Part shown: in pieces, positions 38,172 to 51,802 of the stretch
Position numbering within the stretch: the first letter of the stretch is position 1
How the letters are laid out: each line of letters opens with the position of its first letter
Translations under genes and position numbers: made by a program
Notes under the pieces: model-generated
Seen by the model: the letters and a program-made list of their open reading frames with translations, nothing else
Databases searched by the model: none
What the model was told of the DNA's origin: nothing
Source: Lama glama
Taxonomy: Eukaryota
Assembly (NCBI GenBank): GCA_028534125.1
Contig: CM052818.1
Coordinates: 42,410,001-42,474,000 of the forward strand
Length of the DNA: 64,000 nucleotides
Direction: 5' to 3'

Positions 38172-41100
38172 TAATCTCTCTGTAACTCATAACCTCTTTG
38201 TAAAGAAGTATCCTCACTTTATGTAGAAGGAAGCCAAGTGTGAATTTCCCAAGGTCACACGGGTGGTAATTGGCCAAGTAAGTCCTTGAGTTTGGGTCGT
38301 CTCACTCTAGACCCCAACCGTATGTTCAGCTCTAAAGCAGCACTGGCAGGTGTTGGTGCGAATGTTGGTTGAATACTTCCAGCGATGGAGAGCTGCTCAC
38401 AGAGAATCTCACTGAGCTGTTGAACGGCTTTGACTGTTTGGAAGTTGAGGCAACCAATGCCTCCGTAAAAAAAATTCACTCGTGGGACCTGCTGGGGCAG
38501 CACAGAGCTTGTCCGCTCCCCGACAAAACAGCCTTACAGACCCACCTGGGAACGGCCACCTCAGACCACAGCACATGGCTCGTCCTTCCCCAGCTTTTTT
38601 AAAAAAGGATTTTATCACATGTTTTGCTCAAACAAGCTACACTGTGTCCACAGCCCCTTTCTAAGGTGAGTCGGGCGACATCAGCGTCACTGATGGAAAT
38701 CACTGCCCGCCTGGCTGGTCCCCATCTGTAGATTTCTGCCAGCAATTCACACCGAGCTCGCTGGGCCAGCTTCTGAACTTTGCCTGCCCTGACTTTTGGA
38801 AATCATTATCCACTTTTTTTTTTTTTTTCTTACTTGAAGTGACTCTGAAAGCCCTGGCAATTTCCTGCAGCGTCTGGGAGTTTCACCTGTGTGAGCCTAG
38901 AAACTCCTTTGAACCAGCTGGGTCTCCTGTATTCTCCTGCCGCACCGTGGACCCTGACCCCACCTGCTCTCTGTCTACCTGTGCTTCTGGAAAGACGGTT
39001 CTTTTGGGAGAAGTTGTAAGCTGGAGAAGCTGGACCTTGAACCCAGACCTCTCTGGCTCCAGGTCCCTTATTCTAGGTCCTGTCCACATGCACACTTTCT
39101 GAGCTCCCACCTTCTGGCGCAGATCCCTGCCCCTGGGTGACGAGACCCCCATCTTCATTTTATAGACAACTGACAGTGAGTCCTGCCTGGGGCCATGAGC
39201 AACGGTCTGGATGGGCTTTGCGCTGAGGAGGCCTGTGCCCCAGGCCCCTCTCTAGCAACGCCTGAATGAATGGGCTTGTAAACTTAGGGTTAATGTTTGT
39301 GACTCTCACCTCATGGTTAACCCTAAAGGAACAGAGGGGCTCTGAGGCTTGGTAAGTCAGGAAAGCTAACTAGAGCCGGTGAGGTTTGGGGCAAACTGAC
39401 TGTAATTACCAGGAACCATCCAGGGCAATGACGACGCAGGTGTTAACCAAAACACTTGATTCCAGCTACGTCATTCGTGCTCAAAGGACTGGATTGATGG
39501 GCAGCAAAGATTTGGGTCTAAGATGCTTCTCTCTTTCCTAAAGTAGGAGAATAAACAATGGATGCTCCCTTAGTCATTTTATCTGATTGCTATGAATTTA
39601 GGTAAAGAAATAAACCTCTAAGCTTGTGAATTTAGATAAATTAATCTCAGATCTCTAGGGTACAGATTCTTCTTTTTTTTTCAACTTTATATTTGTCACC
39701 ACTTGTGACAAAGCCAGGATTTCATACTTCTTTTGATCTAGTCAACGCTGGAGTTTGGCCTGAGCCGAGACTTCAGCCACTGCTCTCTGTGGAACTGCAG
39801 GGGCTGGTCTGGGCCTTCAAGTAGGCAGCTTGTTGGAGAGGAATTCCTTCTATTTGTGATGCCAGGCTCGGGGCCCTGGGCTAATCCTGTCTTGCTTTGA
39901 AGGCTCGGGTGGGGTCCCCTCGTCCAGTAAGCACCTGGCGATGGTCGCAGCCGCTGTCACCTGATCACGTCCCCAGGCCTGTGCCCACACTGGTGCTGCC
40001 CTCGGCCTGGAATGGCCTTCCCTTTGCCTCTGTGTCTTGTTCTCTAGAACTGAGGTCATGTTTCACCTCCTCTCGGGAGCTTTCCAGACACCCCTAGACT
40101 GGGTTTAGGGCCCTGCCCCTCACCTTCCTCCAACCTGTTTTTGTTGCAGGGACCTTGGTGATCACTGACAACTGTCTGTCCTCCACCAGCGTGGCCTCCT
40201 CCGCAGTGGGGCCTGGGTCTGACCGCCCGGGTCCCCGGAACATGGCGTGACGTGGGACCGGCACCCGAGCAGCGAGGTCTCTGGCTATGCTCATGACCGG
40301 CATGCTCAGGTCAGTGGTCCGCGGCTTTCTGGCTGTCCCATGTGTTAGTCTCCTCTGCTAGCCTGGGTCCCAGGGGCTCAGAGCACCGTTTGGGGGGTCC
40401 TCAGCATCGCCCCTGCCCTCGGACCAGAGCTGGGTACCAGGAGGAGCTCCGCCCCGAGGCTGAATGTTTGGAATCTGGAAACACATACCTTCCCTGCTGC
40501 CTTTTTTCACTGATTTTCAAAATCGGTATTTAGCCTAGCTTTGGGCCCCCAATAAAACCTGCCAGGTTTCTCCTGATCTGAGCCTGCTGTCTGATGTTTA
40601 AACTCGACAGGAGAGCTGGGAAATGAATTGTTTGCTCCTAATTCACTCACAAAGTGATGCGATAATGATGTCTCCTAGCGTCCCCAGGTTTGCGGGTTGC
40701 AGGGAAGGGGGTGGGGGTGGTGAATGCAGATGGGCTCAGAGCTGCCTCTGCTGAGCGGGAAGGGGGCAAATATCTTAAATATGTTCAGTCTGAGGGTTTG
40801 ATCAGTCACAGGCCAGGGCTGGAAAGGGCCTTTGTCATCCAGCCATCTCTCTGCGAGCGACTTCCCGGAGAACAGAGCAGTCAGCCCTGGGGGAGCACCT
40901 GTGCAGGGGCCGGGCTGCAAAGCCTTCATTCTGAGCAGTGTCCCCCTTTTCTTGTGTGCACCCCTGCCTCCCAGGGACTTCTCCCCGCTGCCGCCTCTGC
41001 CCTCCAGGGTGACACAGGCCAGTGGGTTCCTTATGCTTGGAAGGCTGCTCTTTAGATGCGTGGACACATTTTTCTGTGAGCTTTCTGGGTTCCTGACACA

Positions 41101-42171
41101 TACAACAAGGGACGGGCTTTTATTTGAGAACTTCAGCAGGTCAGGTGCTGGAGGGACAGACCCTCCCTGGCCCAGAGGAGCCTCAGGGGCTGGCAACCAG
41201 CGGGGGGAGGCAGGCTTCTCAAGGAGGGGACACCGAGAACCCTGTCCCCTCCGCTGTGGGCTCACAGCCCTGCTGTCTCTCCAAGCACTGTGTAACGGGT
41301 CACCTTTACCTTCTTGTCCCAGGGGTTCCGACACCACGTGGGGTGGGGGAGGGGGCAGCCCTGTCCATCTGCTCTGCCACATGGCTCTGTGCTCTGTGAA
41401 GTGCTCCCCGTCACCCCGTTTCCTGGGTTCTCACTGCATCCGGGGCTCTGGTTCGCTTGCTGCGTGCCCTGGGCATTCTCCCAGCAGGTGCGGCCTCACG
41501 GAGAGGGCGGGGTCCTCCCGCCTCGCTCACCTGTCCTTTGTCCACACAGCCACTTCTCAGCCCCGCAGAGGGAGCAGCTCCCAGACTATCCACCAGCCAT
41601 TTCTGACTGGGGAGGCTGGGTTTTTCCTTAGTTATCTTTTTAAACAACCTAGATCAGGAGTCTGCCTTGTGGGATACATCATCCCAAAGGGCTCCCACAT
41701 CTTGCAGATGATGTGTATCACATTTGACTCTGAAATCAGGTTTAACGCAACATGACCGCTACTATACTTGAGCGTATGTGACATTGCAGTAACGTTTTAA
41801 GTGCTTACTATGTTTTAGGCAGGATTTTAAATACCTCACCACAACTCTAGGAAATTGTTACCCACTGCACTGATGGGGAACTGAAGCACAAGGCATTTAA
41901 GTAGCTTGCCTCACAGCTCGGGGGTCGGGGCGGGGGGCTGAGATGCAGACCAGGCTGTCTGGGTCCTGAGTCTGAGAACTGAACCACTACTTTCTACTGA
42001 TCCCAGACAGCAGGGATGTTTGCCTTTTTTTTTTTATTCCAGAACCTAAAATAGTAATTCATCGTAGACACTCAATGAGTATTTGTTGAATGAGCAAACA
42101 GATGACTGAATAAATAAATGAGAGGTGTCTCCCGTGTGAGGACTCTCACAGGCGGTGTTCAGCTTCTGCTT

Positions 42172-42368
42172 GGAACTTTGGTTCTCAAGCTGTAGGTGCA
42201 TCAGAATCCCCTGGAGGGCTTGGTAAAAAGCCAGATGGCCGCCCCACCCTGGGATTTCTGATCCAGAAGGTCAACGATGAGATTTGCATTTCTAAAAGTT
42301 GCCAGGGGCTACTGAAGCTGTGGGGTTGTGGGGCGGGAGATGGGGGTAGGGTTTGAGCCGCACTGGCT
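42172..42368. mobile_element. MER5A hAT-Charlie MITE
   Basis: tggttctcaagct...gcatcagaatcccctggagggctt...atttgcatttctaa...tttgagccgcactgg. Confidence 0.8.
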
Positions 42369-42611
42369 GAGAGTAAAATCTCATCGCACCTCAGAGAGCA
42401 GCCGGAAAGGTGCCTGACCGGAGCTGGAACCTCGCTAGGAAGGCAGGAGCTGGTTACCCAGGGCCCACGGGCCTGCCGGGGTCAGGACTGAGGCCGGCCC
42501 CAGACTCAGACCCTCCTGTTGGTGCAGAATGTGTCTGGCCCCAGGCGTGCCTCTTCCCAGCAGCCTCAGCTGGTCTGAGTCCTTCCAGCACCAAGTCCCA
42601 ACCGGAACAAC

Positions 42612-42835
42612 TCTGTGAGGAATGTCGTGAGTGTCTATTTTGACAGGGGTCGCGCTGGATCTGTGGGTTGCTTTGGGGAGTGTGGGCGCTTTGATAGTGT
42701 TGATTCTTCTAATCCAAGAGCACAAGGTATCTTTCCATTTCCTCGTGTCATTTCGATTCTCAAGAGTATAGGTAGGTAGCCTCCTTGGTTTTGTTTATTT
42801 GTAGGTATTTTGTTGTTTTTGATGCGATGGAAATG
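42612..42835 (-). mobile_element. L1 ORF2 (RT region) fragment
   Basis: Minus-strand translation CSWIRRINTIKAPTLPKATHRSSATPVKI matches the L1 ORF2 motif CSWIGRINIVKMAILPKAIYRFNAIPIK. Confidence 0.85.
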
Positions 42836-42888
42836 TTTATGTCAGTTATAAAATTCTGGTTTTTGAAGTGAAAAAAAAATGAATGAAA

Positions 42889-43640
42889 GGCTGCAAATGG
42901 CAAAATATCCTTCTTCCTTAGGGGTGAGTTGTATTCCATTACGTACTATGTGCTGCATCTTCTTTATCCATCTGTTGATGGGCACCTGGGATGCTTCCAT
43001 GTCTTGGCAATTATAAATCATGTTGCTGTTAATAGCAGGGTGTATGTATCTGTTAAAATTAATTCTTACTTTGTGATTGGCTTTATTCCTTTGATAACTA
43101 CGCAAGTTTAAAAAACTAAAGCTCTAAATGTTCTTAGAAACGATGAACAGTACATTTATGTAAATTGAAAATATGTGCAGTAAAAAAGATGTTGTGTTAG
43201 TTTCTGGCGTACAGTATGGATGGATTTGGAGGGCATTATGCTAAGTGAAATAAGTCAGAGAAAGACAACTAGTGTAAGACATCACTTATATGTGGAATCT
43301 AAAAAAATACAACTAACTAGTGAATATAACAGAAAAGAAACAGACAGATGTAGAGAAGGAATGCGTGGTTACCACTGGGGAGAGGGAGGGGAGGGGCAAG
43401 ATGGAAGTGGAGGATTAAGAGGTACAAATTATCAGGTATAAAATGAGCTACAAGGATGTAATGTACAGCATGGGGTGTAGAACCAATATTTTATAACAAC
43501 TATAAATGGAGCTTAACCTTTAAAAATTTGTGAATCATTATACTGTATATCTGTAATGTATAATATTGTACCCCTGTAACGTACAATGTTGTACATCAAC
43601 TATACTTCAATGTAAAAACAATATGATATTGTAAAAAAAA
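42889..43640. mobile_element. L1MA-like 3' end with inverted 5' segment
   Basis: 42889-43052 is antisense L1. 43217-43612 is sense L1 (ATGGATGGATTTGGAGGGCATTATGCTAAGTGAAATAAGTCAG...catcaactatacttcaat) followed by an A-rich tail. Confidence 0.8.
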
Positions 43641-46600
43641 GTCTCAAGCAGAACACCAGATGCAGGGTGGCAATTACTTCATCAGAACCTTCCACGTATA
43701 AATCGCCTTCTATACACCAGACATGAACGCACACGTACATTCACATACACACTCACACACACATACACATGTATGTCTGTGCATTTCTGCTATGACAGCA
43801 TAGATGTGGCCCTAAAAATCCTTGGGTTCTCCAAAATTGCACAATAAAAATGATCGGCCTTTTAGGAAAATGAGGTTAAAGGCAGACCACTCAAAATCTA
43901 CCGTGGCTGGAAAGCTGAAGGAACCATAAAAATGAGCAATCACAGCACCAGCCGAGTCTTTAGCTGCCGCTTCACTGGGATCTGTACCCAGCAGCACACA
44001 CAGCCCATTCTCTGCTGCCTGAAACTTGGGGTGTGTCCACCCTACTCTGAGATGAGGTTCTGGAGGTGATTTTTAATCCAAATTAAACATCTGCTCCAGG
44101 TGTAGCCTTCTTCGCTGGTCCACTGTTGGATACAGGGGGTTAGCTCACCCACAGCCTCCCAGGTGGCTTCAGCCCCAGAAAGCTTAGTGGTTCTAGTAGC
44201 TTCTAGGTGGGTCGCTTTGCTGTGGAGAAAGGCACTTCTGCAAGTTGTCGGCTTGGTCTGCAGCCGGCATACATGGCCGCGGCCTTCTCTTTAGTGGTGA
44301 GAATGCCGGCCCCACGGCTTCCCCACGAGGCTGTGCTACAAACAGATCTCACTACGCAACGCGACCTCCCGTGTTGTAACAGAGGGGACCGGTTACGGCG
44401 AAATCGGATTTGAACCCAGAGCTGGCTGATGGCGGAGCCCGCCCTTCCCGCCTCCCCCCGTCCCGTCCCGCTGCCTTCAGTAGGTGAGCCGGCGCGGGGC
44501 TGTGTGGCCGCAGGGATGCGCCTCTGCCCTGGCCGGGCTTTTGGGGACCTGGCTGTGTACCCCCACGGCACCCACCCGGGGGCTCACGCAGCACGGTGCT
44601 CAGCACAGGTTTTATGAATGGAATCCTATTGGAATCGGTAGTAATCAAATGAGTCAACCTTGGAAGCGACTCCTTTAGTAAACAAATGTCACATGTCCAT
44701 TAACTAGGTTGGGAGTTTGCGGGGGTGGAGGGGAGTGACATTTTTGACACGGTGTCTGTGGCAGGCTTTCCTGGGGCCGGTTCTGGAAATTACCTTGGTG
44801 CTCACGGCCCAGGGCGGTTTGCCAAGGCGGCCAGCACGTGGGTGATGAGGAGCTGGGACAGAGGGCGCTTCCTGGGCCGCGGCCACACTGCAGGTCATGT
44901 AATAATGTGTGTTGTCTTGTGACACTGGGTGTGCACATGTGTGGGAGAGCGACTGTGGGTGGCCCTGGGGCTAGGCCTCTGAGGAGACAACAATCTGGCC
45001 AAGGGCGGCTGGCGGGAGACCACCACTGGCACGGGGAGGGCTGCGGGGGGATGGGACCTGGCCCGCGTGGCTCCAAGGGCAGGATGCCGCCCCTGCCCCG
45101 GGATGCGGGTAGTGTCCATGCGTGACCTTAGTGCCCAGCCTTGCCCTTGCCCTCAAGTTGCTTGGGACTTTCATGTTCATTGACTCTCCAGCCAAACCCT
45201 GCAAGCCTCGGGATCAAAACTTCACTCGGCTAATCAGTGTTGCATGATTTTTGCCCTGTGACGTGAAGGAACACGTGGCCTGTGCTGAGGGTCAAAGTCC
45301 AGCCCTCCTGGCTCCCCAGACACTCATTCACCACATAACCCGGAGCTCCCCAGGCCACAGATCTCGTTTGTAAAAATGAGGGTAGGAACTGACTTCAGAG
45401 GGTCATTGGAGCCTTCAAGGAGATAAGGAATTCTAGAAGGATGCTGAGCATGTGGTCCAAACCCCTAGGAGGCACAAAGAAGTAGATCACAGCAGCGGGC
45501 TTCTGCAAGCTTCTAAGCTATTTGGGGTGACAAGACACACTTTGAAAGCAGAAAATCATCACGTACACATTTGTCGTGACAGTGAAGTAGTGCAGAAAAT
45601 CATCTATAGTTCCGCTTGTCTCTTTCCTGGAACTAGTGCCCCAAAACTGCTTGTTGAGGGTGGCAGGATGAATCTTGGGGGCGCCCTCCTCTCAAACTCT
45701 AGTCATAAAACCTACTAGAAGGATGGAGATGTGATTCTTCCAAAGCTCCACGTTTTCTTTGTTCTCATCTGTGCACCGGCTGTAGGTTCCCAGAGTGAAA
45801 CCAAGATGCTCTTCAGAAACCTGGAGAGTGTTTATTTCAGACCACGGATGCTCCCCATGCTCCCCCTTCCTCATCCTCTTCAGACACAGACAGATGCAGT
45901 TTGAGAGGAAAGAGACAGGAAGCTTTTACAGCCAGCAGCCTGGGACGAGTACCCCTACCCCCAAACCCTAACCCCGAAGATGAGATGTAGCAGCACGAAT
46001 AAGCCTGTATTTAGAGTTTTTAGCAAGCCTGGCAGGATGATTGACGTGAAGGATGCTCGTCCCCAGAGCTGGCAGGCATCTCTTCAGAATGGAAGGTGGT
46101 CTCTCAAATGCTTGCCTGTCAGCCCCGCCAAGGCAGGTGAGCATTTTTAGCTCTCGGATAAATCGCCCCACTGTGGCGGTACCAGCTAAGCCCCCCTGAT
46201 GTCATCTGTGGAGCATTACTTGGTTTTAACGGGGATGCATTCCTGGCTGAGAAAGGTACATGCCCATCCCAGGATGTGACATGCGTCTGGACGGGTGCAG
46301 CCCACACAGCTGTGCCCGCGGGCAGAGCCAAGCGGGCCGGCGCAAGGAGAGGGTGACAAGCGGCAAGGCTGTGTCTCTGGTTTGTCCTGGTTTGTCTTAT
46401 TGTCTCCTCCCTGCCATTGGCTCTCCATTTCCCCCTGATTTTTAGGGCATTTGCAAGTGTCTGAAGGCTGGGTGGCTAAGGGTGGTCACCCACAACGAGC
46501 ACGCCTCCCAGCATTTTCTCCACACATTGTCAGCCACTGCTGCAACGGCTGTGCCTCGCCCGGCCACGGGGCTGGCGACGCCCGGCTGTTCCATATTCAG

Positions 46601-48204
46601 TGGTGGGAGGTGATTCTGGATTTATCCTCTGACATGAATTTAGTAATTGTGAATGTCACAGACTCACACTGTTTTTTAATATGTTCATGACTTCAGAGTC
46701 AGTGGGAATTGGAATTCCAAGAGCTCGTTATTTCTCTTTCCAGGAAGAGGAAAAAAAAACATACAGATGTTATGACGTCTGGGTTTCCATGGTGCCCGAC
46801 AGCCACGTCGGGAAGGACTCCTCTCCAGCACCCACTCCGCTTTCCTATTGGGGAGCGGGTACTGTCTGACAAAGGGGACACTGGTTTTGAGTTCTCGCCT
46901 CTCCACCTGGCCTGAGGACACAAATCGCTCCTATTATTAAAAAAACAGACTTTGCTGATAATCTACTCTTTGTTAATGTTATACTCAAAATATCTTGGTT
47001 CTATATCCAAGTGAGTCTAGCCTTCATAAAACCAACTTGAAAACACACTTCCCCAGTGCAGTTGGAGGCGTTAATTGAAATTATTTAAAACAGAACGACA
47101 TCATCCGAAGCCTTGGGAATATGGAGTTAGAAGCAGATGAATGGAATAGTGCCCTCTACCCAGCTGGCGTGGAGCAGAAAGAACTTGGAGGCCCGGTCTG
47201 CCGTCCGCGTTCTACCACTCGGCTGGTATAACCTGGATGAGAACGTGAATCTCCCCAAGCCTCACTGTTCTCATCTGGAAAATGGGAGCAGTGCCCACTA
47301 CCTGCTTCATCACCAGGATTCAGTGAACCAGCGCAGGAGAAAGTGCTGAGCTCGGAGAAGAGAGTCCACTCACGGGTGCTGAGTTTAAAGAGAGAAAAGC
47401 TCACAGCAGAGGTCTGTGCCAACTCGAAACTCAAACTTGTAGATGTACAGAGGGAGAGGATGGGAAGGGAGAGGGGAGGAGGATGGAAGAGACAGAGAGG
47501 GAGCCGGCTCACCCAGAAAAAAACCCAAGAGAGAGATTTCCTCCAAAAGAAACACTGTGCAAAAAAAACCATTTCAAGCTGCACCAGAAGTAATAGTTTA
47601 CATGTATTAAACACTTATTAAATCCCAGGTCCTGCACGTTTTTCCTGGAAAAGACTCCCCCGGTGCATTATGTGGGTTGGTATCAGCCTGGCTGCGAGTT
47701 AAAACTCCAGAGCTTCCCTGAGAAGTGGTTCATTTTCAATCTTAATATGAATGTATACAATTTAATGCTCCAAACAACCCTATTTAGTAGGACCATAAAA
47801 TTAAATGCACTCCATAGACGTTGTCACTTTATCTCTGGATTCCCATGACGACCTTTTAGGTCACAGTTAAAGTTAAGGGACGGAGGCACCTGCCCCGTAG
47901 ACCCCACCCAGCATCGTCACCTGGGACCGGGTAGGATTCCGGACGAACTTGTCACTGGATCGCTGAAGACTTTCCCGAACTTGAGAAATAATAATCCTTC
48001 CTATTTGAATAGTGTTTCCTTGTATTTATCAAGTGTCTTCTGTACCAAATTTTATGCAACCCAACATTTCTATTATGTAAGAGACATATTGCCATTTACA
48101 AATGAGGATCCTGAGTCCCAGAGAAGTTAAATGACTTGCGTAAGGTCACTAAATGGTAACGCTCTGTAATCCTGGGAAATCCGGTGTCCCCTTCCCCTTC
48201 CACT

Positions 48205-48670
48205 GTGTTCCAGTGACGACCGTTACACTGCAAACTACCCCCGTGCTGGCAGACAAACACTCGTCTCGTGTATCATGCCCGCGGATCCTCAGGGTCAGAA
48301 TCCGGAAAGTCCTGGTGGGGAGAACTGTTTCTTTCTCCTCCACGCAGCCCCCGCTGGGAAGACCCAGAAGCCTGGGCTGACGTGACAGCTGGAGGCTACA
48401 ATTATCTGAAAGCTCATCACTCATTTGTCTCCCGCTTGAGGCTGACTGTTGGCTGGAACTCGGCAAGGGCTGTGGGCACCTGCATGTGTCCTCTCCATGT
48501 GGCTGCGTTCCAAGAGCGAGCATACCCAGATGGGCTGAGCAGAGGCCACTCCACCTTCATGACTTGCTTTGGAAGGCACATTGCATCACTTCCACCACAG
48601 CCACAGACCCACCTGGATCCATGGGGAGTTAGAGAGAGCTCACCAGGCTGTGGGAAGAATGTGAGTCGCA
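48205..48670 (-). mobile_element. Old MaLR MLT1 (E-H-like) LTR
   Basis: gctggaggctacaattatctgaaagctc...gctgactgttggctggaac...ctctccatgtggct...cacattgcatcacttccacc. Confidence 0.65.
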
Positions 48671-50927
48671 GCCGGCTTGTGGATGTCAGGGGAGGCTGCT
48701 CTGGGAGGGCTTCTCTGGGAGGAAAAATGCCACCACTCTCCTCAGTGGCCCCCACAGACCTTCTATTCTTAGATGAAGGACAGTTCGGGGAGGTGAGGCC
48801 CCTTGCTCAGTTTACCAGGACATGATTTCTCTTATATGCGATGTACGAGTGGGGCTGAAAAATAGTGATGGCTAAAGGCAGCAGGATTTCCTGGTTTCTA
48901 GAATATCTTCTTCCTGCCTAATTCCACACAAGATCTGGGGTGGTTTTCCTTATAGCGCACACATGCACACACACCCCCTCTATTAAAAAAAGAAGATCAC
49001 AAAGTAAAAAAACTAACATCCAAATCACATTTACTGTCTTAAAGTCATCCTTAAACAGGGATTGACCATCAGGTGAAGCTCTGAGCTTCCTGAAAGTCTG
49101 GGCAGAAGGGCTAGGACTGTTCGTGAAATCAGATGCTTTTAACTCTCCTCCTCCTCCCCCATTCCCCCATTATCTTTCCCTGCATTGCAGCTGTCCATCT
49201 CTGGCTTTCTGGTAGTTTTTTAAAAGCTTCTTATACTTAAAAGAAAAAAAAAAGATGATGATGGCCTGTGTTCTTGACATTTCAAAGGAGAAAGTGAACT
49301 GGAGAGGCACAGCTAGGGTCACTGTCGGGCTGGGGTAGAAGGCTCCCGCCAGAGGCAGAGTACCCCCCGTCGTCTTGTGGCTCACACTGGCCTTCTTCAC
49401 AAAATCCATACCGGGGCACGCACAAACAGAAAGTCAGCCAGAAAATGAAGATGTGGAAAAGTAAATTTGACATCTCGAAGGCAAACGGGAAAAGACAAAA
49501 GACGCCTTCTCTTTCTCTTTCAAGGAAACGGTGAATTCTGTGAGTGATTTCTTTGTGTCCCACTGAGCTAAGTAATGTGGCTTAATTAGCCTACTCCTTT
49601 GCAGCTTCTAAATTCTCTTTATTATTTGATTGAGTCCCATTTCACAAAAGGGATATATTCTGAGTGTGAAGAAATTAGCCATGAAATGAGCATCTCCAGA
49701 ATATTGGTTATTGTCTTTTTATGTTTTGGGGTCTCTTTATTTAATATTGTTTTGAAGACCCAAAAAGTCTGCGGGCTCAGTTCTGATGTTTGAGCGCAGA
49801 GGAGAACATGGAGCTTGGGGTTCACTCACAGGTGCATGGCCTGGGAGTCCGCTTCTAGATCCTTTGCTCTTTGTTGTTACACCAGGATAAATGGGAGAGT
49901 GGAAACCACAGAACCCAGGTCCTGGTGCAAAGCCAAAAGCTCCATGAGCTCTAATTAGTACTCTCGCCACAAGCAATTGGGTTTACATCCCCCTTATGCT
50001 TAAAAGGCTTCATGGACCTGCTTCCAAATGTCATAACGCAACCTTCCCCAGTTCCCATCATCTGGACCCTCCTTACCTCTCCAGAACCATCCTTGGGCTC
50101 CTCTCCCAGCTCCTCCTCAATAAACCTCTTTCAGAGTCCGGAAAGCTCTGGGCTCTTTTTCTCCAAGTTGAGGAACAACACCTGCTGTTTCCTCTGCCTG
50201 AAATTTTCTTCCCTTCTCTCGCCCTCCAGGATGCTCAGGTGTGGCCACCTACAGGCATAAATCCACGTCAGGTCTCTAGCGCATGCTCTGCCCCCAGGGC
50301 CTCGCCCTTCCCTGTACTTGCACTCATCAGACGATGCTATGATGTCCAGTTACTGTGTTTTGAGGGCTGTGGTGATAGCAGACCCTGGGTCCTAAGTCTT
50401 ATTCTGGAATCTTGATAAATAGCTGTGAGCAGATTTCTACTCTCAGAGGTAGAAAAGTGAATTTCCCTGGCCAAAGATGATGCTCTTGATCTTGAAGAGA
50501 AATCTCCTGAGAGGCGTGTTAGTTACGTAAACAAAGTTAAGACCCTCCTTCCACTGCTCTTGGAGAACACTGGAGGAACCATCAACCTGGATACAGCTGT
50601 TTAATTTAGAAAAATTTTTCTGCTTGGAATTGTAAATTGCAGGATATTGCTGAGCCAGTCACGTTCTAAGAAGCTTGTGCATTTTCCCCCATCTTGTGAT
50701 ATTTCTTGGTTCTGCTCAATGTGGGATGGATTTTGGTGCAAGGGTTGCTTGACCTGGGGGAGGTGAATGTTTTTATTCACAGCAGTTTTTAGCAGATAAT
50801 CAGGACTAAGATCTTGAGTTTCACAGAAAGACAATCAGGTGTATTTCGTCTCATGAACAACTTGACTAGATCACTGATACACTCAACGTGATGTTATTTA
50901 ACGTTGAGACATGCAGAATGTCTAGAC

Positions 50928-51146
50928 CAGGGGTTGGCAAATTGTAGGCCAAATCTGGCTCAGCACCTCTTTTTTTTTTTTTTTTGAACAGCTTTATTGA
51001 AGCACAGCCAAACTGATTTCTTTACTGACTGTCTGTGGTTGCACTCATGCTACAGACACTTGACTGGTTGCACCAAGACCAAATGGTGTACAAAGCCAAA
51101 AATATTGACCATCTAGCCCTTTCCAAAGACACTTTGCCATCCCCTG
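50928..51146. mobile_element. MER58A-like hAT MITE
   Basis: TIRs CAGGGGTTGGCAAA ... TTTGCCATCCCCTG, with 8-bp near-TSD GTCTAGAC/GTCTGTCC. Confidence 0.85.
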
Positions 51147-51216
51147 GTCTGTCCACTGTGTTTTGATGTGACCGTCTTGTTGGGATTCATGTCTGTGGGA
51201 GGGTATGGGGTCACTC

Positions 51217-51664
51217 TGTTACCAAACTCAAGGTCATATGCCTGACACACAGGGAGGCCAAAAAATACTGAAATGTTGGTGTTTGGAGCAGAGAAAGGTT
51301 TATTGCTGGGCCAAGCAAATAACCCAACTCCTTACCCCTCAAACCCGAACTCCTTGAAGGGTTTCAGCTGAGCCTTTTTAAAGGCCAGGTGAGGGAGGGG
51401 CATCCCAGAGTCTGATCAGCTGTGCACAATTTTCTGGTTGGTTGATGGTGATCAATGTTTAGGCACCAGAAAGTCTGGGGGTCAAGTGCTCATGATTATC
51501 AAGTACTTAATTCTTCTATTTAGTAGTTTTTTAGCATCTGAAAAACTCGGGAAATGTGCATGAGATACTATTATCTGGGTATTTCAGAGGGGAGCTACAG
51601 CGGAGGATGTGGGGAGGGGTCTGCCCCCCCCCCAGAAGGCCCCATGGGGTCCTGCTCCCTTACA
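51217..51664 (-). mobile_element. ERV1-type solo LTR
   Basis: TGTTA...TTACA termini, 4-bp near-TSD ACTC/GCTC, TTTATT (antisense polyA signal) at about 51299. Confidence 0.8.
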
Positions 51665-51802
51665 GCTCCTGGAGGAGAGGACATGCCTACTGGCAGCCCG
51701 GCTGGAAGTGAGGCTGGGGTGTGGCAGCTGCAGGGCAGAGGGAAAGGGGGCTTCCTCCTCTCTGTGGACCTAACCCCCTGCCCTTAGCCTGTCCGCTTCT
51801 CA

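Noticed and set aside
39692..39712. 8-bp stem hairpins (also near 9480 and 50882)
   Set aside because: Expected by chance in 64 kb and too short for a pre-miRNA.
40832..41755. 307-aa ORF, the longest in the window
   Set aside because: Alternative start, low-information Pro/Gly/Ser/Arg composition, overlapping ORFs on both strands and no recognisable domain; expected in GC-rich DNA.
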